From contig JBJXEB010000112.1 of NCBI GenBank assembly GCA_046155095.1, positions 26,321 through 90,320 on the forward strand: a stretch of 64,000 nucleotides of DNA, given 5' to 3'. The translations under genes were made by a program, and so were the position numbers. Positions 47,715 through 57,554 of this stretch are shown here, in pieces. Within the stretch, counting starts at the first letter, position 1, and the number at the start of each line of letters is the position of its first letter. A model generated the notes under the pieces. That model had not been told where the DNA came from. It ran no database searches and saw only the letters and a list, made by a program, of their open reading frames with translations. Source of the stretch: Cyclobacteriaceae bacterium. Lineage in GTDB: Bacteria > Bacteroidota > Bacteroidia > Cytophagales > Cyclobacteriaceae.

Positions 47715-48926
47715 TTACGCCAATACCTCTTTGATTTTTTGAGCAGCCTCTTTCAATAATATGGCAGAGAACACCTTTAGGCCAGATTCTTTGATGATTT
47801 TGGCTCCTTCCTCAGCATTTGTGCCTTGCAAGCGCACAATTATGGGCACAGGTATGTTGCCCACTTTTTTATATGCCTCCACCACTCCGGCAGCTACTCT
47901 GTCACATCTCACAATACCACCGAAGATGTTGATTAGTATGGCTTTAACATTTGGATCTTTAAGGATAATCCTAAATCCAGCCTCTACCGTTTCCGCATTA
48001 GCGCCACCACCCACATCCAAGAAATTGGCGGGCTCACCGCCAGATATTTTAATGATGTCCATAGTGGCCATTGCTAGCCCAGCACCGTTCACCATACAGC
48101 CAACATTGCCATCAAGTTTCACATAATTTAATCCTGATTTGCCGGCTTCCACTTCCAAGGGATCTTCTTCTGTGATGTCTCTCAATTCTTCTAAATCCTT
48201 ATGACGGAACAACGCATTGTCATCCAAGTTAACTTTGCCATCTACCGCGATGATTTTGCTATCCGATGTTTTTAAAACAGGATTGATCTCGAACATGGAG
48301 GCATCAAGCCCAACATAAGCTGTGTAGAGTGCGTTGACAAACTTCACCATCTCTTTAAACGCGTTGCCTTCTAATCCTAAGGAAAAAGCAATCTTTCTAG
48401 CTTGAAATGGTTGCAGTCCAATTGAAGGATCGATCCATTCTTTCACAATTTTTTCGGGATGAGTAGCGGCTACTTCTTCTATGTTCATACCACCCTCTGT
48501 AGAGGCCATGATCACAGGTTTGCTGGTTGATCTATCCAACAAAATACTCATGTAGTACTCTTTGGGCTCTGATGCACCAGGATAGTACACATCTTCGGCA
48601 ATCAATACTTTATTTACCTTCTTTCCAGCCGGCCCAGTTTGAATGGTAACAAGAGTGCCCCCTAATATTGCCTTCGACTTTTCAAAAACCTCATCAATAC
48701 TTTTGGCCAAAACTACACCCCTTGATCCTGTCTCTTTCACGGTTCCTTTGCCACGCCCGCCTGCATGTATTTGAGACTTAACGACAAACCATTTGGAACC
48801 TGTTTCGGTCTGGATTTCCTTTGCGGCCGCAACTGCTTTGTCAGGGGTATCTGCTACAATGCCGCGTTGCACTGCCACTCCAAACTTCTTTAAGATATCC
48901 TTGGCTTGGTACTCATGAATGTTCAT
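47715..48926 (-). CDS. sucC: Succinyl-CoA synthetase beta subunit
   Basis: [36 protein letters not shown], and [10 protein letters not shown]. Confidence 0.97.
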   Translation of the reverse strand: MNIHEYQAKDILKKFGVAVQRGIVADTPDKAVAAAKEIQTETGSKWFVVKSQIHAGGRGKGTVKETGSRGVVLAKSIDEVFEKSKAILGGTLVTIQTGPAGKKVNKVLIAEDVYYPGASEPKEYYMSILLDRSTSKPVIMASTEGGMNIEEVAATHPEKIVKEWIDPSIGLQPFQARKIAFSLGLEGNAFKEMVKFVNALYTAYVGLDASMFEINPVLKTSDSKIIAVDGKVNLDDNALFRHKDLEELRDITEEDPLEVEAGKSGLNYVKLDGNVGCMVNGAGLAMATMDIIKISGGEPANFLDVGGGANAETVEAGFRIILKDPNVKAILINIFGGIVRCDRVAAGVVEAYKKVGNIPVPIIVRLQGTNAEEGAKIIKESGLKVFSAILLKEAAQKIKEVLA

Positions 48927-49059
48927 AAAAATAGATTTTGGAAGCAATCTACTTTTTTTAATTGGGACAAATCCGATTTTTATGGATATTTTTCGGGGGA
49001 GAGAGGTTTCTGGTTACCAGTTGCATGTTACTGGAAACCAGAAATCGGAAACTATTATT

Positions 49060-49707
49060 ATGCTAAAAGGAATTGCACTACAAAAATCTTATGGGGCACT
49101 TAAGGTGTTGAAGGGAGTTGATATCGAAATCAACAAAGGTGAAGTAGTTTCAATTGTGGGGGCATCGGGTGCAGGGAAGAGTACACTGCTACATATCATG
49201 GGAACACTGGATGTGCCCGATGCGGGCAAGTTAGAGATAAACGGAAAGGATGTGTTTAGTCAATCGGCCAACTCATTGGCGGCTTTTAGAAATGCGCACA
49301 TTGGTTTTGTATTTCAGTTCCACAACCTATTGCCCGAGTTTTCTGCTATTGAAAATGTGATGATACCTGGGTTGATAGCAAAAACGCAAGAGGGAAAAGT
49401 GAAGGCCAGGGCTACTGAGTTGCTAGAATTGTTGGGACTTAAAGATCGTGGCCATCACAAGCCATCGGAGCTATCTGGTGGTGAACAACAGCGTGTGGCT
49501 GTGGCCCGCTCACTTATCAACTCACCTATTTTGGTTTTGGCCGATGAGCCTAGTGGAAACTTAGATTCAAAAAATGCGAACGAACTTCATCAACTATTTT
49601 TTCGATTGCGCGATCAGTTTGGTCAAACTTTCGTGATTGTTACACACAACCAAGAGTTTGCTTCTACTACTGATAGGAAGTTGGTGATTACGGATGGGAT
49701 GATGTAA
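49060..49707 (+). CDS. ABC transporter ATP-binding protein (LolD-like)
   Basis: [41 protein letters not shown], and VTHN; ATG at 49060. Confidence 0.9.
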   Translation: MLKGIALQKSYGALKVLKGVDIEINKGEVVSIVGASGAGKSTLLHIMGTLDVPDAGKLEINGKDVFSQSANSLAAFRNAHIGFVFQFHNLLPEFSAIENVMIPGLIAKTQEGKVKARATELLELLGLKDRGHHKPSELSGGEQQRVAVARSLINSPILVLADEPSGNLDSKNANELHQLFFRLRDQFGQTFVIVTHNQEFASTTDRKLVITDGMM

Positions 49708-49754
49708 ATCATCCAGTATTGAAGAGGTGGAATAGCACGAACTGCAATAAGTTA

Positions 49755-49964
49755 ACAAGTTGGGAGCGGCAGGGAGTAGCGAAAAGCCTCCCGAGACTCC
49801 GCTCGGGATAAACTCCGCGAGGAACGAGCGAGAACTTGTGGTGGATAGCCTGATGGTTGACCTAGGCGAACGCCTTCGCATGGTAGCCGCCAAAGAAATT
49901 CTTTAACCATTAACTTACGGGTATCTCTAAACGACTTCGACATGCTCAGTCTGACATTAGAGAT
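49755..49964. repeat. GC-rich multi-hairpin / REP-like intergenic element between convergent genes
   Basis: Stems ACAAGTT/AACTTGT (49755-61/49833-39), GGGAG/CTCCC, TCCCGAG/CTCGGGA, GCGAA/TTCGC, and ATCTCTAA/TTAGAGAT around CTTCGACATGCTCAGTCTGACA. Confidence 0.6.
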
Positions 49965-49978
49965 GTCCTTACTATTAA

Positions 49979-50131
49979 CTAAATTCTGTGCTTAGCAGAG
50001 TAGCTTCTTTGTGATTTATGGCCGCGCTTGGTGTGGCGGTTGGTTTCGCCATAAGAATGGCATTGGTAGGTTTCTAATCCACATGAGGTAAGAACCACAG
50101 CAACTACTAGGAACAGGATGAACTTTTTCAT
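49979..50131 (-). CDS. Small basic lipoprotein (50 aa)
   Basis: MKKFILFLVVAVVLTS|C lipobox; TACTTTTG promoter motif 30 nt upstream. Confidence 0.7.
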   Translation of the reverse strand: MKKFILFLVVAVVLTSCGLETYQCHSYGETNRHTKRGHKSQRSYSAKHRI

Positions 50132-50160
50132 TTCTACTAATCTTTTTTTTTTATGTGATG

Positions 50161-50168
50161 CAAAAGTA
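50161..50168 (-). promoter_or_regulatory. Putative -7 promoter element for the small lipoprotein
   Basis: Minus-strand TACTTTTG matches TAnnTTTG. Confidence 0.5.
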
Positions 50169-50335
50169 TAGTGCGTCACTCGACCCCATAATTCGATGTC
50201 TTATCGGATTATATGGGAGTAAGCCAACTAAGCGGTATTGTCAAAAAGTAAAAAGAATCGCTTGAATTTGTAGCGTAAGACTGGAAACTTACACCGACCT
50301 GTACATGGAATGATCGACTAAAGGAATACTTTAAG

Positions 50336-51658
50336 CTATGAATGGACAAAGACCTCGGTATGCACCTCTTCAACATCTACCGCCCCAGTAGAATTGATGC
50401 CAGTGAGTATTACTTTTTTGAGTTCTCTCATCAATAGCGGGTCGTATTGTGCGCTTACGCGAATGTAGTTTTCGGTAAAGCCATGCATCCTTCCTTCTTC
50501 TATGTCATTTTCAAACAGAGCGGTGTATTCTTTGGTAAGATTCTCCTCATAGAAGGCCCTTCTTTTCTTGTCGGATAGGATGTGGAGCATTTTGGAACGT
50601 TCACTACGGTCTTTCATCGGAACAGGGCTGCCCATTTCTGACGCTAGCGTGTTATCACGTTCGGAGTAAGTGAAAACGTGTAGGTAAGAGATATTCAGTT
50701 CGTTGAGGAATTGATAGGTCTCTAAAAAATCTTCTTTTGTTTCCCCAGGGAAGCCCACAATCACATCTACACCGATACAGCAATGGGGCATCAACGATTT
50801 AACCTTTTCTAATCGAGTGACATACAACTCTCGTTGATAGCGCCTACGCATCAGTTTTAAGATATTGTTAGAGCCTGATTGCAAGGGAATATGAAAGTGT
50901 GGAGCGAATCGTTTTGATTGAGCAACAAATTCGATGATCTCATCGGTAAGCAAGTTTGGTTCTATTGAAGAAATGCGAAAGCGATTAATTCCTTCGACTC
51001 CATCCAATGCCTTGACCAAATCAATAAACTTCTCTTTTCTTTCTCCATTCTGAATTCCAAAATCGCCCGTGTTCACGCCTGTGAGTACAATTTCTTTTAC
51101 TTCGGTCTTAGCAATTTCTCTGGCAGTGTTTACAATGTTAATAATGCTATCGCTGCGGCTGCCACCTCGTGCCAATGGGATAGTACAGAAGGAGCAGGAG
51201 TAATCACAACCGTCTTGAACTTTTAAAAAAGTGCGGGTGCGATCGTGAATAGAGTAGGAAGTATTGAATGTGGTAGCGGTATCAACGGTAGAAGAATATA
51301 CGGTAGGCTTTGTTGGCCGAACAAACCCATCGAGCAATTCCACCAATTGAAATTTTTCGGCAGCACCGAGCACGGCATCCACTCCTGGTATTTCAGAAAT
51401 CTCTTTTGGTTTTAACTGAGCATAGCAACCAATGATGGCCACAAACGCATTGGGCGAAATGGCTCTTGCCTCACGAACTACTTTGTGACATTTCTTATCG
51501 GCATTCTCCGTGACGGAGCAAGTATTGATGATGAAAATATCTGGTTGATCGGTGAAATCAACCTTTTTATAACCCTTGTCCTCAAATTTTCTGGCAATGG
51601 TAGAAGTCTCAGAGTAATTGAGTTTGCAGCCAAGGGTATAAAATGCGACTTTTTTCAT
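50336..51658 (-). CDS. mtaB: tRNA t6A37 methylthiotransferase MtaB
   Basis: TLGCKLNYSE, INTCSVT, CxxxCxxC (CDYSCSFC), RISSIEP, and DVIVGFPGET. Confidence 0.95.
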   Translation of the reverse strand: MKKVAFYTLGCKLNYSETSTIARKFEDKGYKKVDFTDQPDIFIINTCSVTENADKKCHKVVREARAISPNAFVAIIGCYAQLKPKEISEIPGVDAVLGAAEKFQLVELLDGFVRPTKPTVYSSTVDTATTFNTSYSIHDRTRTFLKVQDGCDYSCSFCTIPLARGGSRSDSIINIVNTAREIAKTEVKEIVLTGVNTGDFGIQNGERKEKFIDLVKALDGVEGINRFRISSIEPNLLTDEIIEFVAQSKRFAPHFHIPLQSGSNNILKLMRRRYQRELYVTRLEKVKSLMPHCCIGVDVIVGFPGETKEDFLETYQFLNELNISYLHVFTYSERDNTLASEMGSPVPMKDRSERSKMLHILSDKKRRAFYEENLTKEYTALFENDIEEGRMHGFTENYIRVSAQYDPLLMRELKKVILTGINSTGAVDVEEVHTEVFVHS

Positions 51659-52068
51659 TAATCAGAATTTGTTGTTGATTTCTTATTTCCTTTCGCTTTT
51701 GAGAAGTGGGGTTTTTCTTTATAAGCCACGCTAACATTTTTCTGGTCTTTAACATTATCCTGACCATTCAAAACTTTGACCAATTCTATCCCTAGGCCTT
51801 TTTCAAGTTTATGGATTGTTTCAAACGTCATATTTTCTTGACCTTTCAAAATTTTGCTTACCTGCTGACGAGTAACAGATAGCTTGTTTGCTAAATCCTG
51901 TTGACTCATTTTTCTCTCCTCAAGGATATCTAGTATCCTCAACGCAACATCCATCGATTTCCTCAACTTAATTCTGTTTTCTTTCTTATAGTCTTCTCTC
52001 TCCTTCCATTGGTAGGAGGGAGTGGCATTCGCTAATGCACTTGGCTTTTTAGTCTTTTTGTTATTCAT
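51658..52068 (-). CDS. XRE-family HTH protein (HigA-like antitoxin/regulator)
   Basis: MSQQDLANKLSVTRQQVSKILKGQENMTFETIHKLE; TAATG overlap with mtaB. Confidence 0.85.
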   Translation of the reverse strand: MNNKKTKKPSALANATPSYQWKEREDYKKENRIKLRKSMDVALRILDILEERKMSQQDLANKLSVTRQQVSKILKGQENMTFETIHKLEKGLGIELVKVLNGQDNVKDQKNVSVAYKEKPHFSKAKGNKKSTTNSD

Positions 52069-52074
52069 ATAGCG

Positions 52075-52614
52075 TTATTGAACATCTAAGTAAACAAATG
52101 AACCTTCGGAGCTACCTTCTTGTAAATGTTTTTTGACAAGTTCTAGCTTCTGAAGCTCCCCTTTTAGATGAGGTCGCTCATCCATTTGATCCTTCAATTT
52201 TATAGCACTTCCAGTGATCACATACCAATCACTATACTTTACAGCGTATAGCCTTAACATGCTTTTTCGTTTTTCTCCTTTTGCCTTCAACTTCTGAAAC
52301 TCATAGGGAGGGTGAGATTGTTCTCTATTATCTAATGGTCTGAATAGTTCGTCAAGTCTATCTTTTTCAGAAAACTCAATCAAACGATCATAAATTTCTT
52401 CCGCTTCCATCATAGTTTGACTGATTGCACTCTTAACCTTCATGGTGGACTCGAACTTGCTCAAATCTTGTCTATAATAAATAAAGAATTCTCTCAGCAG
52501 CTCTATATCTCTCCAGAAGTCCAGTGTTTTATCCAACTCATCCTTTCCATCTGCTTCAAAACAGGCCGCAAAAAGCCTATCCTTCACTTTCTCAAAGATA
52601 GCTATTTTACTCAT
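52075..52614 (-). CDS. Hypothetical protein, possible RelE/HigB-like toxin partner of the downstream HTH gene
   Basis: C-terminal LRLYAVK..WYVITGSAIK pattern; toxin-first gene order. Confidence 0.45.
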   Translation of the reverse strand: MSKIAIFEKVKDRLFAACFEADGKDELDKTLDFWRDIELLREFFIYYRQDLSKFESTMKVKSAISQTMMEAEEIYDRLIEFSEKDRLDELFRPLDNREQSHPPYEFQKLKAKGEKRKSMLRLYAVKYSDWYVITGSAIKLKDQMDERPHLKGELQKLELVKKHLQEGSSEGSFVYLDVQ

Positions 52615-52666
52615 TAGTCAACCTATGGGTTTACAAAAAAGTTCAACTAGTTATGGTTTATTGAAT

Positions 52667-54388
52667 CTACTTTATCAAATCTTTTTCTATAGCTTTTATC
52701 TTTTCATCCAATTGTTTTGAAACAGATTCAAACTCATTTTTAGAATGAAGCTTGGTGTTGACGCTCACATAAAATTTTATCTTTGGTTCGGTGCCAGAAG
52801 GCCTTACCGAAATCTTGCTGCCATTCTCCGTATAAAATTGGAGTACATCTGAAGAGGGGAGAGCGATTGGTCTTTTCTGATTGGTAATAAGATCAGTTTC
52901 TTCACGCAACTTGTAATCTAATTTGCGCACCACTTTCTCGCCAGCTAATTTTTCTGGAGGATTTTCGCGGAACATCTTCATCATGTCTTTGATCTGCTGT
53001 TCGCCTTCTGCGCCTTTGCGCACGAGGTTGATCAAGCCTTCTTTGTAAAATCCATATTCCACATACATTTGCAAGAGCCATCCATAAAGTGTTTGTCCTT
53101 CATCTTTTGCAGAGGCAGCCATTGCAGCAAAAAAGGCACAGGCTGATACGGCATCTTTATCGCGCACAAAATCGCCTACCATGTAGCCATAACTTTCCTC
53201 GCCCGCTGCAATAAATTTTTTCTTGCCATCCATTTCCCCCATCAACTCCGCAATGTATTTAAAGCCTGTTAAGGTGTTATAGCAATCAACGCCCATTTGT
53301 TTTGCCATTACATCAATCAATTCTGTAGTCACAATGGTTTTGGCAATGTACCCTGATTTGTCTTTCAGGTTTTTCAAGATAAACCACATCATCAAGCTGA
53401 AAGCTTGGTTTCCATTCAATAAGAAAAATTCACCTTTATCGTCTTTGATACCGATACCCACTCGATCGGTGTCTGGATCGGTTGCCATCACTAATTCTGC
53501 GTTGATTGCTTTTGCTTTTTTCAGTGCCAGCTCCATCGCAGATTTTTCTTCTGGATTAGGCGACTGCACCGTAGGGAAATTGCCGTTTGGTTCTTTTTGT
53601 TCTTCTACTACTTGTAAATTTTCAAAGCCAAGTCTCTTTAGGCATTCGGGCACCATAGTGATGCCTGCACCGTGAATGCTGGAGTACACCAATTGAATAT
53701 TTTTTTGGTTAAGGATGCTTTCCTTTTTAGGGATCAATTTTTTTACTTCTTCATAGTAAGCCTCTTCTACTTCTTTGCCCACGGCTTTTATTCTGGATGC
53801 ATCGGCCGTAAAGTTGATTTGATTGAAGTCGGTGATCTTGTTCACTTCTTCAATTACATTTTTATCGTGTGGCGGAACGAGTTGTGCGCCATCTACCCAA
53901 TAGGCTTTGTAACCGTTGTATTCTTTGGGATTGTGTGAGGCAGTCATCACCACTCCCGAATCGCATTTTAAATAACGGATAGCAAAGGATAGGAGTGGAG
54001 TGGGCCGTAATTCTGGAAAGAGATAGACAGTGATGCCATTGGCAGAGAAAACATCTGCGGTAATCTGTGCCAACGACTTGCTGTTGTTACGACTGTCATA
54101 CGAAATGGCCACCTTTATTTCTTTGGCAGGGAAACTTTTCTTCAAATAGTTCGACAGGCCTTGAGTGGCTGCGCCAATTGTATATTTATTGATGCAGTTG
54201 GCGCCTACTCCCATGATGCCTCGCAGTCCGCCTGTGCCAAATTCAAGTTCACGGTAGAAACTATCGATAAGATTTTTTGAATCGCTATCTGATAGAAGTC
54301 TTTTTATTTCTTCTTTGGTAGATTGATCAACAACTGCACTTGCTAACCATTTTTCTGCTTTTACTTTCGATTGACTTAATAAATCCAT
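52667..54388 (-). CDS. pgm: Phosphoglucomutase/phosphomannomutase
   Basis: FGTGGLRG, TASHNP, DPDTDR, GEESYG, and RPSGTEPKIKFY. Confidence 0.93.
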   Translation of the reverse strand: MDLLSQSKVKAEKWLASAVVDQSTKEEIKRLLSDSDSKNLIDSFYRELEFGTGGLRGIMGVGANCINKYTIGAATQGLSNYLKKSFPAKEIKVAISYDSRNNSKSLAQITADVFSANGITVYLFPELRPTPLLSFAIRYLKCDSGVVMTASHNPKEYNGYKAYWVDGAQLVPPHDKNVIEEVNKITDFNQINFTADASRIKAVGKEVEEAYYEEVKKLIPKKESILNQKNIQLVYSSIHGAGITMVPECLKRLGFENLQVVEEQKEPNGNFPTVQSPNPEEKSAMELALKKAKAINAELVMATDPDTDRVGIGIKDDKGEFFLLNGNQAFSLMMWFILKNLKDKSGYIAKTIVTTELIDVMAKQMGVDCYNTLTGFKYIAELMGEMDGKKKFIAAGEESYGYMVGDFVRDKDAVSACAFFAAMAASAKDEGQTLYGWLLQMYVEYGFYKEGLINLVRKGAEGEQQIKDMMKMFRENPPEKLAGEKVVRKLDYKLREETDLITNQKRPIALPSSDVLQFYTENGSKISVRPSGTEPKIKFYVSVNTKLHSKNEFESVSKQLDEKIKAIEKDLIK

Positions 54389-54427
54389 TCGTGTTTGTAT
54401 TAAATTTTTGTGCCTTTGACTTTGTAG

Positions 54428-54441
54428 CTACTAACTACTAA
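54428..54441. repeat. Heptamer tandem (CTACTAA)x2
   Basis: Direct 7-bp repeat in the cupin-pgm intergenic gap. Confidence 0.4.
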
Positions 54442-54459
54442 GCCACGAAGGTGCTAAGT

Positions 54460-54780
54460 TTATAATTTGTAATCTTCCCTCACTGGATAAAACACATCCA
54501 GTATTTTGCAATCGGTAATCGCACGGCCTGCATGTTTAGCGTGAGAGGGAATTGGCAGCACCATTCCAGCAGTAAGAGGATTCGATTCGCCTTCTAGTAT
54601 TATTTCAAATTCCCCTTCTAACATATTTACGACTTGCTCATGGAGGTGCGAATGTTCTGGTAAGGCACTTCCCTTTTTTATTTCCCAATAGGCAAAGGTC
54701 ATGTTATCGGTGTGGATGAAGCGGCCAACGAAGCCACGGAAGACTTCGCGAGGTGGTAGCTTTTTTAGATCGTTGATCAT
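54460..54780 (-). CDS. Cupin_2 domain protein
   Basis: PEHSHLHEQ...GE and IPSHAKH cupin motifs. Confidence 0.85.
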   Translation of the reverse strand: MINDLKKLPPREVFRGFVGRFIHTDNMTFAYWEIKKGSALPEHSHLHEQVVNMLEGEFEIILEGESNPLTAGMVLPIPSHAKHAGRAITDCKILDVFYPVREDYKL

Positions 54781-54791
54781 CGATGTTTATT

Positions 54792-55886
54792 TTACAAATT
54801 TCCCCTCAACTCCTGTTCGTGTTCAATGGCCTCAAACAATGCCTTAAAGTTTCCTTTGCCAAATGACTTCGCTCCGTTGCGCTCAATGATTTCAAAAAAC
54901 AAGGTGGGCCGATCTTGCAAAGGTTTAGAAAATATCTGTAACAAATATCCTTCTTCATCACGGTCGATGAGGATGTTGAGTTTCTTTAATTCTTTATAAT
55001 CTTCATTGATGGCACCTACACGCTCCACTACCTCTTCATAATAAGAATCAGGTACATGAAGGAATTCAACCCCGCGCTTGCGCAATTCGCCCACTGTGTG
55101 GATAATATCGTCTGTCGCAATCGCAATGTGCTGCACACCTGCTCCATGGTAAAAATCCAAATACTCTTCGATCTGCGATTTTCTTTTTCCTTTCGCTGGT
55201 TCGTTGATGGGGAATTTGATATAACCGTTTCCATTGGAAACCACCTTGCTCATCAGCGCACTGTACTCGGTGGAAATATCTTTGTCATCAAACGTCATCA
55301 AAAGTTTGAAGCCCATCACATCTTCATAGAACTTCACCCACTTGTTCATCTGGCCCAACTCCACATTGCCTACACAATGATCCACATGCTTAAGTCCGAT
55401 GGGGGTGGCAGTGATGTTGCCTTTCACCGCCTTATATCCTGGAAGGAAAGCGCCTTTGTAATTTTTTCTTTCCACGAAAGTGTGGATCGTTTCCCCGTAG
55501 GTTTTGATAGACGCTATTACTACTTCACCAAATTCATCCTTCATGGTCTTTGGCTCTTGTGCTATCTCAGCTCCACGCAGTATTGTTTCTTGGAATGATT
55601 TAGTAGCATCGTCCACCCACAATGCAAGCACCTTCACACCATCGCCATGTTTTTTCAAATGATTGGAAATTTCTGAATCGGGTAGGAGCGAGGTAGTGAT
55701 TACAAACCTGATTTTGTGTTGCTGCAATACATACGAAGCCCTATCCTTCACACCGGTTTCGGGGCCAGCGTAAGCAACTAACTCAAAGCCAAAACAATGC
55801 TGATAAAATAAAGACGCCTGTTTTGCGTTGCCCACGTAAAACTCGATATGATCGGTGCCATTGATGGGGAGAAAGTCCTGTTCCAT
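54792..55886 (-). CDS. hppD: 4-hydroxyphenylpyruvate dioxygenase
   Basis: DHIEFYVGNAKQA, DHCVGNV, GVQHIA, LLQIFSKP.QDRPTLFFEII.R, and FGKGNFKALFE. Confidence 0.97.
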   Translation of the reverse strand: MEQDFLPINGTDHIEFYVGNAKQASLFYQHCFGFELVAYAGPETGVKDRASYVLQQHKIRFVITTSLLPDSEISNHLKKHGDGVKVLALWVDDATKSFQETILRGAEIAQEPKTMKDEFGEVVIASIKTYGETIHTFVERKNYKGAFLPGYKAVKGNITATPIGLKHVDHCVGNVELGQMNKWVKFYEDVMGFKLLMTFDDKDISTEYSALMSKVVSNGNGYIKFPINEPAKGKRKSQIEEYLDFYHGAGVQHIAIATDDIIHTVGELRKRGVEFLHVPDSYYEEVVERVGAINEDYKELKKLNILIDRDEEGYLLQIFSKPLQDRPTLFFEIIERNGAKSFGKGNFKALFEAIEHEQELRGNL

Positions 55887-55970
55887 GATATTGGTTGATT
55901 TAGTAGCGTAAATTTAAACAATCCCTTGTTTTTATTTTTACTTTCGGCAATCTTCACGAAAATTTGATTT

Positions 55971-56378
55971 ATGGACACAAAGGAGTTAGACAAAGCGATT
56001 CAAGAAATAGCCATTAGGCGTAACGAACTAAAGAAATTGGATTACAGCGACCTTAAATATGATGACTTGGAAGAACAACTCCATGAATTGGAGGATTCTT
56101 TAATAGACGAGCATGGCGGTTACTTGGAAGAAGTATTGCAGGAAATCCACGATAAATATTGCCCCGATACGGATATATTGTTGCCCATCGCCTATTTGGC
56201 CAAGACGTATTCCATTTCAGCGAGCAATGAATTTTCTGTTACCTCTGTAGAAGGTGTTTATGTGGAAGTAGATTCTATGCCTGGTAAAGAGACCAAGTTG
56301 GTGATGATCCCTAATCCGCTGCGAGTGATTTTGAATGTGGGGAATGAGAAGAAGCTTATTGTGTGGAGCGCGAAATGA
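55971..56378 (+). CDS. Acidic hypothetical protein
   Basis: Clean 135-aa ORF filling the gap, N-terminal coiled coil, no recognised motif. Confidence 0.7.
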   Translation: MDTKELDKAIQEIAIRRNELKKLDYSDLKYDDLEEQLHELEDSLIDEHGGYLEEVLQEIHDKYCPDTDILLPIAYLAKTYSISASNEFSVTSVEGVYVEVDSMPGKETKLVMIPNPLRVILNVGNEKKLIVWSAK

Positions 56379-56381
56379 TTT

Positions 56382-57554
56382 CTAGCGGCTCAAAATAGAT
56401 CGAGCAATCGAAATAGATTTTGATCGAAGATAGAAGAATGCACTTGCCATTGAGCCAACAGAAAGTGGTATCCTAACGAAATATTTGATGTTCTTTCTGA
56501 TCAATTGAGTATAAAATAAGACATTGATTTGTCTCTGTACTTTCTCATGCTCTGTATTGCTTTCAATCTTGAATTTTTCCGTCAGCTTTAGTGCTTTTAC
56601 CCATAGATGAATAACATGATTCAAGTTGAATGGCTGGGCTGCTTCAAAAGCTTCTTTGCTCATCCCTTTTCTCAGTTTTGCATCTTGCAATAATAGAAGA
56701 GCTTCCACCCATTCTTCACGAGTTTTGCAGATGATAACTCCTTTACCAAGAGCAGCAATATCTAAGTAAGAGGGAAGAGGTGAGCAGACAACAGGCAATG
56801 ACAATGCCATTGATTGCACTAAACGATTGGCCGATTTAACAGAATTTTCCTCATTCAAGTTGAAAATAGGCAACGCAACAATATCAGCTTCTTCGTCCAT
56901 TACTTTCAAAAAATCTGTACCCCACTGAACGGTTGCATCAGGGTGGTTTGAGACGGTCACCAATTCCCAATTTGTCAGTCGTGGATCATTGATTATTTCA
57001 TTCAGCGTAAGTACCTCATTCCATCTTTTATCAGAACTGTCTCCAAACCAAAAGCATTTCAATTTACTATTTTCCTCCTTTCGTATTTTGTGAGAATACA
57101 GTTCGGGGGAATCTTCTATGAATGTCGCCTTCACTCCAAGCTTTAAATAGTAAGTGGTTAATGCTTTTGACATGCATACCAGTGCATTCGCAACTTGGCC
57201 AACCTCAACAGCCACGGGCAAATCACAATCAATTAAAATAACTGTTAGTCCAATTCTTTTGAAATAGTCAATGGTATTTAAGTTTGAAAGGTTTTTGATC
57301 TTTTGGAGTATGACAATATCTCCAAGCTTTATCAATGTAGATAGAGAATCACGATTTGAATCAGTAAGAGGGATAGACTCCTCTGCGTATGTGGGTACAT
57401 AGGCCAGAAAAGAGTTGTATCCAAGCTCCACCAATTTGTTATGAACTGCCAAGCCATGTATTCTGGAACTTGCAGTAAATGCTGGATTGCCCAGCAAAAA
57501 CCAAATGATCTTATTTTGATCTGACTTGCTCATTGAATTTGAGCTGGTCTTCAC
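56382..57554 (-). CDS. Glycosyltransferase-like (GT-B) hypothetical protein
   Basis: ASSRIHG, DCD, WFG, KSANRLVQSMALSLPVVCSP..SY; GTGA overlap with the trpS stop (alternative ATG at 57533). Confidence 0.6.
   Translation of the reverse strand: MKTSSNSMSKSDQNKIIWFLLGNPAFTASSRIHGLAVHNKLVELGYNSFLAYVPTYAEESIPLTDSNRDSLSTLIKLGDIVILQKIKNLSNLNTIDYFKRIGLTVILIDCDLPVAVEVGQVANALVCMSKALTTYYLKLGVKATFIEDSPELYSHKIRKEENSKLKCFWFGDSSDKRWNEVLTLNEIINDPRLTNWELVTVSNHPDATVQWGTDFLKVMDEEADIVALPIFNLNEENSVKSANRLVQSMALSLPVVCSPLPSYLDIAALGKGVIICKTREEWVEALLLLQDAKLRKGMSKEAFEAAQPFNLNHVIHLWVKALKLTEKFKIESNTEHEKVQRQINVLFYTQLIRKNIKYFVRIPLSVGSMASAFFYLRSKSISIARSILSR

Noticed and set aside
48919-49059. N-terminal extension of the ABC ATPase in the ORF track
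   Set aside because: Overlaps the sucC start and divergent promoter region; the family-typical start is ATG 49060.
49755-49880. tRNA, group II intron domain V or RNase P fragment
   Set aside because: No cloverleaf/TTCG arm, no AGC-GC domain V signature and no GAGGAAAGTCC motif could be matched.
49594-49943. Minus-strand ORFs of 99 and 63 aa
   Set aside because: They overlap the ABC ATPase end and the GC-rich hairpin region, where stop codons are scarce; no protein motifs.
55056-55598. 180-aa plus-strand ORF
   Set aside because: Lies wholly antisense to the conserved hppD and has no motif; a shadow ORF.
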